A stretch of DNA of 64,000 bases from Terriglobia bacterium (GTDB lineage: Bacteria > Acidobacteriota > Polarisedimenticolia > Polarisedimenticolales > JAIQFR01), in the NCBI GenBank assembly GCA_963748015.1, contig CAVVHE010000006.1, positions 204,828 to 268,827 on the forward strand, in the 5' to 3' direction. This document shows, one piece after another, positions 10,031 to 19,467 of this stretch. The translations under genes and the position numbers were made by a program. Below the pieces are notes generated by a model, which saw only the letters and a program-made list of their open reading frames with translations, was not told the DNA's origin and searched no databases. Position 1 is the stretch's first letter; each line of letters starts with the position of its first letter.

Positions 10031-12751
10031 ATGGCGAACTCGATTGCTCCAGGTGCACGTCTCGGGACGTACGAGATCTTAGAGAAGATCGGCGCCGGCG
10101 GGATGGGGGAGGTGTGGCGGGCCCGGGACACCTCGCTCGACCGCGAGGTCGCGCTCAAGTTCCTGCCGCCGGGGCTCGCGGCCGACCCGGACAGGCTCCA
10201 GCGCTTCGAGCGCGAGGCCAAGGTCCTGGCCTCGCTGAACCACCCGAACATCGCGGCGATCTTCGGGCTCCACGAGATCGGCCCTTCGACCCTTTCGACG
10301 AGCTCAGGGCAAGCAGGCTCAGGGCAGGCGGTGCGCTTCCTCGCGATGGAGTACGTGCCGGGCGAGGACCTCGCGCAGCGCATCGCGCGCGGACCGCTCC
10401 CGGTGGACGAGGCCCTCGAGGTCGCCCGCAGGATCGCCGAGGCGATGGAGGCCGCCCACGACCAGGGGATCGTGCACCGCGACCTCAAGCCCGCGAACGT
10501 GAAGCTGATGCCGGACGGGGGGGTCAAGGTCCTCGACTTCGGCCTCGCGAAGGCGCTCGATCCGCTCGCGTCGGCTGGCGCCGCCCCCTCCGATCCCACG
10601 AGGTCGCCGACGGTCACGTCGCTCGGGACGCTCGTCGGCGTCGTGCTCGGCACCGCGGCGTACATGAGCCCCGAGCAGGCGAAGGGCAAGCCGGTGGACC
10701 GCAGGACCGACATCTGGGCCTTCGGCTGCATCCTCCACGAGATGCTCACCGGCCGGTTCCTCTTCCAGGGGGAGACGATCTCGGAGGTCCTGGCGGCGGT
10801 CATCATGGCGCCGATCGCGCTGGACGACTTGCCGCCGTCGCTGCCCCCGCGGGTGCGCCACCTCGTGCGCCGTTGCCTCGAGAGGGACACGCGCCGGCGC
10901 CTGCGGGACATCGGGGAAGCCCGCCTCCTTCTCGAGGACGTGCTGTCGGGCGCGCCCGAGCAGGCCGGCTCGCAACCCGTGGCGCCGGCTCCCGCGGCGC
11001 CGCCGCGCGCGCCGTGGCTCTTCCCCGCTGCGATCGTCGCTGTCGCGGCGGTCGCGGCGCTCGCGACCGTGGGCGCTACCCGGTTCTTGAGCCCCACCGC
11101 CGCCAAGCCCGAGCTGCGGCGCTTCGAGATCGCGGCCCACGGGCCGTTCAAGTCGGGGAGCGGGAGCCGACTCATCGCGATCTCTCCCGACGGGAGGACG
11201 ATCGCCTACGGCGAGGCGGGCAAGCTGTTCGTCCGGCGGCTGTCCCGAATCGAGCCGACCGCGATCGCCACCGCGGGGGAGCCGCAGGTGCTCTTCTGGT
11301 CCCCCGACAGCGCGTACCTCGGTTACGTGGCGGGAGGAAAGATCTGGAAGGTCCCGGGCGCCGGTGGCGAGAGCACGTTGATCTCCGACGTACGGCACCA
11401 GATGACCGGGGGCAGCAGCGCCACTTGGTGCCCGGACGGGAAGATCGTGCTGGGAACGGGGGACGGCCCCCTGCTTCGCGTCCCCTCGCACGGCGGCGAC
11501 CTCGAGGAGTTCATCCCGCTCGAGGCGGGCAAGGAGGCCGACATCCACGACGCGAGCTGCCTTCCCGACGGGAGCCTGCTGTTCGTGCCCCACCTGACCG
11601 GCGGCCGCCCGAGCGTCCTCGCGATCTTCGCCGACGGACGTCGGAAGGACCTCTTCAAGCTGCCTCCGGACCAGACGCTCGCGTTCCCTGTGTATTCCCG
11701 GTACGGCCACATCCTCTTCCGGCGCCAGCCCGCGAACGCCGGGGTCTGGGCGCTGCCGTTCTCCCTCTCGCGGCACGAGGTCACGGGCGAGCCGTTCATG
11801 GTCGCCCCGGATGGCGACGCACCGAGCGTCTCCGACGACGGCACGCTGGTGCACGTGCGGTCGGGCGGATCGCGGATGACGCAGCTCGCCTGGGCGGATC
11901 GCACCGGCAGGATCCTCGCCCCGATCGGGGCGGCGCAGGAGCAGTGGCCTTTTCCGGAGCTATCCCCCGACGGCAAGCGCCTCGCCATCGCCGCGAAGGA
12001 GAACGACGTCAACGACGTCTGGATTCACGACGTGGAGCGCGGCACCAGAACCCGTCTCGACGTCTCGCGCGTGGACTACAGCGTCGAGGCCTGGTCGCCC
12101 GACGGCCGGACGATCGTCTTCACCGAGGGAACCGCCGCGCCTCTCAAGGCCTTCGTGAAGAACTCGGACGGCAGCGGAGAGGCGAGGGAGCTGGGCACGG
12201 GCTGGGCCGCGTCGTACTCGATGGATGGGCGTTATCTCCTCTATTCGGACTACGACACCAAGACGGCCTGGGACATCTGGTACAGGGACTCCAAGGGGGA
12301 CGGCAAGCCGGTTCTCTTCCTGAAAGAAGGCGCCGAGCAGGTGTGGCCCCGTCTTTCCCCGGACGGGCGATACGTCGCCTACGCCTCCGACGAGAGCGGC
12401 AAGGACGAGGTCTATGTCAAGCGCTTCCCCGGAGGCGAGGGGAAGTGGCAGGTCTCCTCCGGCGGCGGCAAGTGGCCGCGCTGGAGCCGCCGCGGCGACC
12501 GCCTGTACTACGCCCGGGAGGACACGCTGGTGGAGGTGGACGTGGCGACCGGGAACGACCTGCGACTCGGCGCGCCCCGGGACCTGTTCAAGCGCAAGCC
12601 GCTGGGGTGGAGCCTGATCTTCGGCTGGCCCGCCGGCTTCGACGTGTCGGCCGACGGCCAGCGGTTCGTCGTCGCCGAGCCGGTCAGCTCCAAGGCGGAC
12701 CTCGGCGGGATCGTCCTGGTGGAGAGCTGGTACCGCGAGTTCGCGAAGTAA
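10031..12751 (+). CDS. Hanks-type Ser/Thr kinase with TM segment and TolB-like (PD40) beta-propeller
   Basis: GAGGMGEV, VALK, HRDLKPAN, DFG, YMSPEQ, then SPDG repeats; start ATG 10031 six nt after TATACT. Confidence 0.93.
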   Translation: MANSIAPGARLGTYEILEKIGAGGMGEVWRARDTSLDREVALKFLPPGLAADPDRLQRFEREAKVLASLNHPNIAAIFGLHEIGPSTLSTSSGQAGSGQAVRFLAMEYVPGEDLAQRIARGPLPVDEALEVARRIAEAMEAAHDQGIVHRDLKPANVKLMPDGGVKVLDFGLAKALDPLASAGAAPSDPTRSPTVTSLGTLVGVVLGTAAYMSPEQAKGKPVDRRTDIWAFGCILHEMLTGRFLFQGETISEVLAAVIMAPIALDDLPPSLPPRVRHLVRRCLERDTRRRLRDIGEARLLLEDVLSGAPEQAGSQPVAPAPAAPPRAPWLFPAAIVAVAAVAALATVGATRFLSPTAAKPELRRFEIAAHGPFKSGSGSRLIAISPDGRTIAYGEAGKLFVRRLSRIEPTAIATAGEPQVLFWSPDSAYLGYVAGGKIWKVPGAGGESTLISDVRHQMTGGSSATWCPDGKIVLGTGDGPLLRVPSHGGDLEEFIPLEAGKEADIHDASCLPDGSLLFVPHLTGGRPSVLAIFADGRRKDLFKLPPDQTLAFPVYSRYGHILFRRQPANAGVWALPFSLSRHEVTGEPFMVAPDGDAPSVSDDGTLVHVRSGGSRMTQLAWADRTGRILAPIGAAQEQWPFPELSPDGKRLAIAAKENDVNDVWIHDVERGTRTRLDVSRVDYSVEAWSPDGRTIVFTEGTAAPLKAFVKNSDGSGEARELGTGWAASYSMDGRYLLYSDYDTKTAWDIWYRDSKGDGKPVLFLKEGAEQVWPRLSPDGRYVAYASDESGKDEVYVKRFPGGEGKWQVSSGGGKWPRWSRRGDRLYYAREDTLVEVDVATGNDLRLGAPRDLFKRKPLGWSLIFGWPAGFDVSADGQRFVVAEPVSSKADLGGIVLVESWYREFAK
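10282..10329. repeat. Nested REP-like 24-bp elements inserted in frame in the kinase gene
   Basis: Outer CCCTTCGAC|AGGCTCAGGGCAGGC split by inner CCTTTCGACGAGCTCAGGGCAAGC; 48 bp in total. Confidence 0.7.
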
Positions 12752-12793
12752 GAGCGCCGGCGCGGCTCGGCCGCCGCGCTCGCGCCCCGAGTC

Positions 12794-12997
12794 TCAGGGC
12801 TCGTCCGGCGGTGGCGGCGTGTCGCCCTCGTCGCTGTAGCCGGCGGCATCGGGGTCCGTATCGCCTGGAGTCTCCGAAGCGTCCTCGGGCTTGCCTGCTC
12901 GGGCTTCCGCGCGGCGGGCCCGCTTCAGCTTCTGCCGGTCCTGCCTGGCCAGCTCTTTCTGCCTCTTCTCGAACTTCGCTCGGGATTTCTGTGCCAA
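12794..12997 (-). CDS. Small protein with basic coiled-coil N-terminus and acidic tail
   Basis: TTG start with GGAGGG RBS; KFEKRQKELARQDRQKLKRARR; directly downstream of the SpoIIE-like gene. Confidence 0.7.
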   Translation of the reverse strand: MAQKSRAKFEKRQKELARQDRQKLKRARRAEARAGKPEDASETPGDTDPDAAGYSDEGDTPPPPDEP

Positions 12998-13046
12998 GGT
13001 TCAGCCCTCCGCTTGGAGCACGTTACCATTCCGGATCGTCGCCGCC

Positions 13047-13955
13047 TCAGGCCTTCTTGATGACGACGAAAGTGACGTCGTCCTTCGGGGCACCCCAGGC
13101 CGCCAGGCTCCCCTCGATCCGCTCCGCGATCTCCCGCGCGGTCAGGTCTCTGGCTTCTCGGAGGCAACGCTCGAGCTCGCCCGGGAAATACTCGCCGTCG
13201 CCGTGGTCGGATAGGCCGTCGGTGTGCAGGACCAGGATGTCTCCCGTTCCGAGCAGGTTGATCTCGTTGACCGTGTAGCGCTTCTTGTAGTCGAAGAGGC
13301 CCCCGCCGCGCGGGGTGTCCAGGTCGCTCGCCGACGGCAGGACGCCGATCGGCTGGTACGAGATCGTCCGGTCCTCGCTGATCTTCATGATCTTCCCGAA
13401 CTCGCGGGAGAAGACCACCGGGGCCGGATGCCCGGCGGAGATGAAGCGGAACTGCCCCTCGCTCGAGATCTCGCCGTACATCGCGGTGAGGTACTTGTTG
13501 ACGGTCGTGGACTCGTAGAACCGGGCGTTGATGTTCTCGAAGATCCTGGTCGTGATGGTCCCGTGGCGGTCCAGCTCGTAGTACGAGCCCAGGAGGAACG
13601 CCTGGTGCAGCATCGCCACGAGGAGGGCGTCGGTGAGCCGGTGCCCCGCCGCGTCCGCCAGGAGGATACCCGCGCGCTGCTTGTTGAGCCGGAGCTGCTC
13701 GACGACCTCGGCGCGGCCCGCGGCCTCCGCCCACGAGATCCGGGCATCGAGGTCGTACCGCCTCCGGTAGTCGATGTAGACGATGTGGTCCCCTCCGACG
13801 ATGCCGTTCAGGGGAAGGGACCGTCCGTGAATGTCCACGCCCGCGAGCTCCGGGACGGAGCCGGGCTCGGGCCTGAGGAACTTGGCGATTTCCTGGAAAT
13901 TCTCCATCTCGTCGACGAGGGCGCTCCACCCTCCTTCGGCCGTCTCTCGAACCAT
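13047..13955 (-). CDS. SpoIIE/RsbU-type PP2C phosphatase without a sensor domain
   Basis: VGGD, LADAAGH, SAGHP, HTDGL, DDVT motifs; start ATG 13955 with GGAGG upstream. Confidence 0.88.
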   Translation of the reverse strand: MVRETAEGGWSALVDEMENFQEIAKFLRPEPGSVPELAGVDIHGRSLPLNGIVGGDHIVYIDYRRRYDLDARISWAEAAGRAEVVEQLRLNKQRAGILLADAAGHRLTDALLVAMLHQAFLLGSYYELDRHGTITTRIFENINARFYESTTVNKYLTAMYGEISSEGQFRFISAGHPAPVVFSREFGKIMKISEDRTISYQPIGVLPSASDLDTPRGGGLFDYKKRYTVNEINLLGTGDILVLHTDGLSDHGDGEYFPGELERCLREARDLTAREIAERIEGSLAAWGAPKDDVTFVVIKKA

Positions 13956-14059
13956 GCCTCCGTCACCTCCGGGCTTTGGCGGGCGATGCCGACATCCGGA
14001 CGTCGCGCCCGCCTGCCAAGGTATCAGAAGGTCGATGGACGGGGATAGGGAGGCCGGCC

Positions 14060-15010
14060 TCATCGCCGCGACGCCGGCCGGGGATTCCCGACCCGGCGGC
14101 GCTTTCCTCGCGGGCCCGGTTTCGACGGGACGGCTTGGGGCGCATCGGCCTTCGATTCCTCCTCGAAGTGAATCGGATCCCTCAGGTTCTGCAGGGCACG
14201 GTAGTAGTACAGCTTGTTCGGCCGCCTGTCGCGGAACCGTTGTTGCCCGAGGAGCCGGATCTCCTCTTCCGTAGCCTGGCCGCGGAGCGGCGGATCCCGA
14301 AGGAGCTCGGCGAGGCCGAGCTCGTGGTCCCCTCCGTCGTCCGGCTCGCCCTCGACGAAGCCGAATATCCGGTGGGGTCTCTCGACGAGCGTGCGGTCGA
14401 GGAGGATCTCGAGACGGAACGTCTCGAGATCCACGCTCCAGGACACCACGAGCGGGTCGAGGAAGTTCACGCAGCTCTGCCGGGAGACGCGAGAGACGTC
14501 CGCGTCGAGGAACTCGAGCACCATCACCCGCATCGCGGTCCTGCTGCGCCTGCCCAAGCGCGCGGCCAGCCGGTTCCAGCTCTCGTCGTCGAGCTCCCGG
14601 CGGGCGATGCGCTGGACGGTCTCGAGCATCTTCCGGGCGACGAGCCCCTCGAGCGTCCCGAAAGGACGAGAGTCGAAGATCCCACGAATCTCGGCCCGCT
14701 GCCCGGGGGCGCACTTCCGCAGCAGCAGCTCGCGAAATTCCCCGAAGAGCGGCGCGGCGTTCCGGTGGAGCCTTCGCTCGAGCTCGAGGGCGCGCTCGAC
14801 CTCCGCGAGGCGGCCAAGCTCTCCGGGCTCGAGCTCGAGGAAGGCCTCCATCTTCGGGTAGATGTCGGTTCGTTCGCGCCCGGGCGGCGCCCGCCTGCGC
14901 GTGAGCAGCTGCGAAATGTACGAGTCGGTCACCCCGGCGGCCCTCGCGAGATCCTTCTGCCCCCGGCCCAGCTTCGCCAGGCGGGATCTCACCACGGAAG
15001 CGAGATTCAT
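14060..15010 (-). CDS. XRE-family HTH protein with a large unknown C-terminal domain
   Basis: QKDLARAAGVTDSYISQLL helix-turn-helix at the N-terminus; ATG 15010. Confidence 0.8.
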   Translation of the reverse strand: MNLASVVRSRLAKLGRGQKDLARAAGVTDSYISQLLTRRRAPPGRERTDIYPKMEAFLELEPGELGRLAEVERALELERRLHRNAAPLFGEFRELLLRKCAPGQRAEIRGIFDSRPFGTLEGLVARKMLETVQRIARRELDDESWNRLAARLGRRSRTAMRVMVLEFLDADVSRVSRQSCVNFLDPLVVSWSVDLETFRLEILLDRTLVERPHRIFGFVEGEPDDGGDHELGLAELLRDPPLRGQATEEEIRLLGQQRFRDRRPNKLYYYRALQNLRDPIHFEEESKADAPQAVPSKPGPRGKRRRVGNPRPASRR

Positions 15011-15283
15011 GTTCCTGCCCCCGGAATTAACTGAAAACAATTACATTCGGGCCGGTTCTAATCCGCAACGTAGGACGATCTTAACAAAAAATGGTAAACT
15101 GAGCCCGTGTTCGATCCACCGCGGTCGAAACCGGAGAGCGCGGCGGGGTTCCGGGCGCTCCTGACCCTTCACGCGCTTCCCTCGCGGGACGCGCGCTGCT
15201 CGAGTCCCGGACACCGGCCCGGCCGCTTGCCTTGCGGGCGTGGCGAGGTGCTGGTCTTCAAGGCGGGGACGAGGTTCCATCCC

Positions 15284-16042
15284 ATGAAAGCAACGACGCT
15301 TCGGCTACCGGCCCGCCTAGGGCTGCTGCTTCTCCTGTCTCTCCTGGTCATCGCGCCCGGCGTCGCGTCGGGGCAGGCTGCCGACGCTCCGAAGAACTCG
15401 CATGCGAGGCGCTACGGTGGAGGTTGGGACTGCGATCGCGGCTACCGGATGGTGGACCTGTCGTGCGTGGCGATCACGGTGCCGTCCAACGCCCGTTTGG
15501 ACCCGTTCGGGAGCGGATGGGAGTGCAACCGGGGCTACCTCGAGGATCGCGGGGCGTGCTCTCGCGTCAAGGTGCCGCCGAACGCCTTCCTGGATTCGTT
15601 CGGTCGCGGATGGGAATGCGATCGGGGATACCGTGCCACCGGTCAGGCTTGCGTTCCCGTCTCCGTGCCCGCGCATGGGTACCTCGACGCGAGCGGACAG
15701 GGCTGGACTTGCGACCGCGGCCATCGGAAGGTCGGCGAGGCCTGCCAGGCCGTCGTGGTGCCGGCGAACGCCTACCTCGACTCTCCCGGCGACAAATGGG
15801 AATGCGCTCGCGGATTCCGGCGAAGCGGCGAGGCCTGCGCGTCCGTCTCGCTACCCTCCAACGCATTCCTCGCTCGCTCGGGAAACGACTGGGAATGCGC
15901 TCGCGGCTACAAGAAGATCGGAAGCTCGTGCGTCGCCGTGACCCTTCCCCTGAACGCGCACCTCGACTACTCCGGCAACGACTGGATCTGCGATGCCGGA
16001 TTCGAACGCTCGCTCGAGGACTGCGCGGTGAGGAAGAACTAG
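15284..16042 (+). CDS. Secreted Cys-rich repeat protein (7 x 31 aa)
   Basis: Signal peptide followed by seven PxNAxLDxxGxxWxCxRG(Y/F)x6C units. Confidence 0.85.
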   Translation: MKATTLRLPARLGLLLLLSLLVIAPGVASGQAADAPKNSHARRYGGGWDCDRGYRMVDLSCVAITVPSNARLDPFGSGWECNRGYLEDRGACSRVKVPPNAFLDSFGRGWECDRGYRATGQACVPVSVPAHGYLDASGQGWTCDRGHRKVGEACQAVVVPANAYLDSPGDKWECARGFRRSGEACASVSLPSNAFLARSGNDWECARGYKKIGSSCVAVTLPLNAHLDYSGNDWICDAGFERSLEDCAVRKN

Positions 16043-16230
16043 CGCGCGTTGCTCGCGAAGGCTCGCGGCGAGACCCCTTATCTGGCCGTCCCTCCGGGCG
16101 TGGGGTTCGCTTTCTCCGCTGCGGAGCGGCTGGCGGGCCGTTCTCTTCCTCTCGAGGAGACGCTCTCCGTCGCGCGGCCCGCCGTGCTCTGCCCCCGCCC
16201 CGGAAGAGTCCCGAGTACGCCATGGAAAAG

Positions 16231-16253
16231 AAATAACCCCATTGGGGTTGTTT
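16231..16253. promoter_or_regulatory. AT-rich inverted repeat upstream of a secreted metalloprotease (candidate operator)
   Basis: AAATAACCCCA-T-TGGGGTTGTTT, 11-1-11 with one mismatch, in an AT-rich patch about 85 bp upstream of GTG 16338. Confidence 0.45.
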
Positions 16254-16337
16254 TTGTTGTATATAGCCCGCACCCGCTGCTCGTCGGGGCGATCGCGAAC
16301 GCCGTCCGGCGAAAAACGGTAGGACTGGAGGACGGCG

Positions 16338-19300
16338 GTGCGCGTACCACGCCCCCTTCGTGCGGTCGGCCTCGCCGTTCTCGTCTTCTCGGGATGTCTG
16401 GCGGCCGCCCCCGCGCGCGCGGTGTGCCGGGACGGGAGCCCGGTGAACTTCGCGATCACGATCGACGAGGCCCGCGTGCTCACGGACATCGAGGGGCTCC
16501 TCATGGGGAACCCCGAGCCGTATCTCATGGTGTCCGTCGACGGCGCGCTGCAGTGCGCCATGCCCCGCGCGAGCGCTCCGAGCACTCCCGCGATCTCGAA
16601 CTACGTCTGCACCGTCACCCGCTCGACACTCGAACCGTTCGAGGTGTGGGTCGTGATGCGGGAGTACGATTCCGGCGGGGGCGGCGGCGACGACCTGCTC
16701 GACGTCATCCCCGGCCCGGCCACCGGCCTCCGCTTCGTTTACGATCCGCAGTGCGACATCATCAGCGAGAAGGACCCCGGCGAGATCCCGACCTGCCCCG
16801 CCGGGAACAAATCGGCCTCGTGCCGGGGGTCGAGCCCGCACGCGGTGCAGGGGACCGGTTCCGGGGCCGACGGCCCCGGCCGGATCACCTTCCGGATCGG
16901 ACCTTCCGACGGCATCCCGATGGTGGAGCACAGCGTCAGCGTGACGGGTGTCGAGCCCGTGCAGGTGGCGCCGACGATCCAGGGGCTGATCGCGGATCGC
17001 CCGGCGATCGTCAGGATGTCCCTCGGCAGCTCCCACGACGCCCCCGTGACGGCAACGGTCCGCGTCACGGTCCGCGACAAGGCCGGCAATGTCTTCACCG
17101 ATGAGAAGGTGGTTCCCTTGCCGGCGTGCAGCACGACCCCGAACGTGAACATGTTCCTCGCCGGCTGGGACGGCGGGACGGCCAACGGCTTCCGGCCGCA
17201 GGACGGGATACTGAACAACATGGTGATCACCACGGAGGTGGACCCCGCGGTGGATTGCTCCCCGATCCCGTGCCAGCCCACCGACTGCCGCGTCGTCGAC
17301 AACCGGCAGCAGTTCGACGCGATCCCACTGGTGCTCGGGCGCGATCTGCGGGTCGTGTTCCAGCCGTTCTTCGATCCCGACCCGTTCAGGTTCGAATGTC
17401 TGGACTTCGTCGCCGGAGGATCCGATACAAGTGCGCTGAGGGACGCCGCGTTGCCCGTCCTCCGAGACCTCTTCCCCGTCCACGGTGTCGACGCGTCGAG
17501 CACGGGGATCCCGATGCCTCTCCCGACCTTGGGCGGGATCCTCGGGTTCTTGGGCTGTCCTCACATTTCGCTGCCGCTTCTCGATCTCCCGTACATGATC
17601 GCCGGCTGGGACAACGCGGAGGGAGTCGTCCTACCGGGTTACTTCGACTGCGATTTCCCCATCTGCAGCCTCGCAGGCGGATTCTCGGGCGCCTCGATGC
17701 CGCCGGTATCGAGGGTCTCGGTGATGGAAGCACGGGCCGGCGCGATCCCGAGCGAGGTCGCGCCCCACGAGATCGGACACACGTACGGACTCTCGGAGGC
17801 CGCGTGTCCCCTGGGAATCGGGTCGGGGATCGCGTGCCTCGACGAGTACAATTTCGGCCCGGCGTCGGACGGGTTCCCGGGAGCCGGGTTCCAGGTGCTG
17901 GGCCCTCTGGCCGATCCCAACGGGGCGGGAAACAACCGGGACGGGCGCCCCTGCCTGATGGGAGTCTCTCCGATCGGCCCGCCGTACCACTGGATCGAGC
18001 CGGCGGAATACAACTCGCTGCTCGCGCGCATGACCGAGGCGACCCCGGAGGTCTCCCTGTTCGTTCGCATGACGCTGTCTCGCGGTGGTGGAGGTTCGTT
18101 CGTCGCCGACGAGACGTCTCGCGTCACGACGCGGCCGAGGCTGTTCTTGGACGCCGCCGCCGCCCGCGACCCGCTCCGCTACTCGACCTCGCTCGTCTTC
18201 CGCGACGCGGCCGCCGCGGTGCTCTCGTCGGCAAGCTTCACCCCGGAGTCCGTGGATACCGACGGGGACGGAATCCTGGACGCGTTCGGCGTTCCCCACG
18301 GGGACGGCGTTTCCGACAGCGTGGAGCACTCGGTCGTCGTCCCGCTACCCGCCGGCGCCGCGAGCATCGACCTGGTGCGCCGAAGGTACGAGGGCGACTT
18401 GGTCCACGAGACGACCGTCGACACGATGGCGATCGTTTCGGAGCCGATCGTGGGCACGCTGGTTTCTCCCCCGAGCTCCTTCTTCGCCCTCCACGGCGAG
18501 ATGATCCGGATTCACTGGCGGTTCGGGCCCCCATTCCCCGCCGGCAGAGCGGCGACCGACACGCCGCGTCCCGTGCTCTCGTACCTCTTCGCCAGCCCCG
18601 ACAACGGCGCGAATTGGTTCCCGATGGCGATCCGCTTGGCCGGGACGAGCTACGATTGGACGGTCCCCGAGGACGGGCGCTACCTGCTTCGCGTCTTCGG
18701 CACGAACGGCTTCGACACCGCCGACGATGCGGCCGAGCTCGACTCGGACGCGGACGGCTGCGGCAACGGCGTCGATCCCTCGCCCAAGCAGCCCGATCCC
18801 GACGGCCAGGACGCCGACGGCGTCGCGACCGTGTGCGACAACTGCCCGGCCGTGCACAACCCGTCGCAGGAGGATAACGACCTCGACGGGGTCGGGGACG
18901 CCTGCGACAACTGCGCGGTCGTGGCCAACCCGAGCCAGGCCGACGCGGACCAGGACGCTCACGGCGACGCGTGCGACTGCGCGGTCCAGGATCCCGAAAC
19001 GTGGGCCGCGCCGGGCCAGGCGACGGGGATGCTCGCCGGCCGCTCGGCACAGGGACCGGACTACGTCGATCTCCAGTGGGACTCGCTCGTGTCACAAGCG
19101 GGGCCGTCTGTGAGGTACGACGTCCTCGCGGGAAGCCTCGGGCTCCTTTCGGGCACTTCGCGGTTCTCGGACGCGGCGTGCCTGGGCAACAACGCCGCGG
19201 GGGCCTCCGGGACGTTCTACCGTCCCGCGCCCGCCCCGGGCGCGGGCGATTGGTACCTGTTGCGCGGCGAGGGCCCGTGCGCGGTAGGGGGATTCAACGA

Positions 19301-19370
19301 GGGGGTGTCGCAACAGGCCGGGGACCGGGATGGGCCGATCCAGCAGGCACCCTCGCGCTGCGCGCCCTAG
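16338..19370 (+). CDS. Secreted zinc metalloprotease-like protein (C2-like domain, HExxH domain, TSP3 repeats, conserved C-terminal domain)
   Basis: Signal peptide; HEIGHTYGL...DEYNF...CLMG; DxDGVxDxCDNC repeats; GGAGG RBS. Confidence 0.8.
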   Translation: MRVPRPLRAVGLAVLVFSGCLAAAPARAVCRDGSPVNFAITIDEARVLTDIEGLLMGNPEPYLMVSVDGALQCAMPRASAPSTPAISNYVCTVTRSTLEPFEVWVVMREYDSGGGGGDDLLDVIPGPATGLRFVYDPQCDIISEKDPGEIPTCPAGNKSASCRGSSPHAVQGTGSGADGPGRITFRIGPSDGIPMVEHSVSVTGVEPVQVAPTIQGLIADRPAIVRMSLGSSHDAPVTATVRVTVRDKAGNVFTDEKVVPLPACSTTPNVNMFLAGWDGGTANGFRPQDGILNNMVITTEVDPAVDCSPIPCQPTDCRVVDNRQQFDAIPLVLGRDLRVVFQPFFDPDPFRFECLDFVAGGSDTSALRDAALPVLRDLFPVHGVDASSTGIPMPLPTLGGILGFLGCPHISLPLLDLPYMIAGWDNAEGVVLPGYFDCDFPICSLAGGFSGASMPPVSRVSVMEARAGAIPSEVAPHEIGHTYGLSEAACPLGIGSGIACLDEYNFGPASDGFPGAGFQVLGPLADPNGAGNNRDGRPCLMGVSPIGPPYHWIEPAEYNSLLARMTEATPEVSLFVRMTLSRGGGGSFVADETSRVTTRPRLFLDAAAARDPLRYSTSLVFRDAAAAVLSSASFTPESVDTDGDGILDAFGVPHGDGVSDSVEHSVVVPLPAGAASIDLVRRRYEGDLVHETTVDTMAIVSEPIVGTLVSPPSSFFALHGEMIRIHWRFGPPFPAGRAATDTPRPVLSYLFASPDNGANWFPMAIRLAGTSYDWTVPEDGRYLLRVFGTNGFDTADDAAELDSDADGCGNGVDPSPKQPDPDGQDADGVATVCDNCPAVHNPSQEDNDLDGVGDACDNCAVVANPSQADADQDAHGDACDCAVQDPETWAAPGQATGMLAGRSAQGPDYVDLQWDSLVSQAGPSVRYDVLAGSLGLLSGTSRFSDAACLGNNAAGASGTFYRPAPAPGAGDWYLLRGEGPCAVGGFNEGVSQQAGDRDGPIQQAPSRCAP

Positions 19371-19467
19371 CCCGCATGGCTCGACGCGCCGGAGGGGGTG
19401 CGCATGAGCTTCGGCGCCCCCTCCGGCCGCTGGATCGTCTTCGCGGGCGTGCTCGAGTGCTGCGCGC

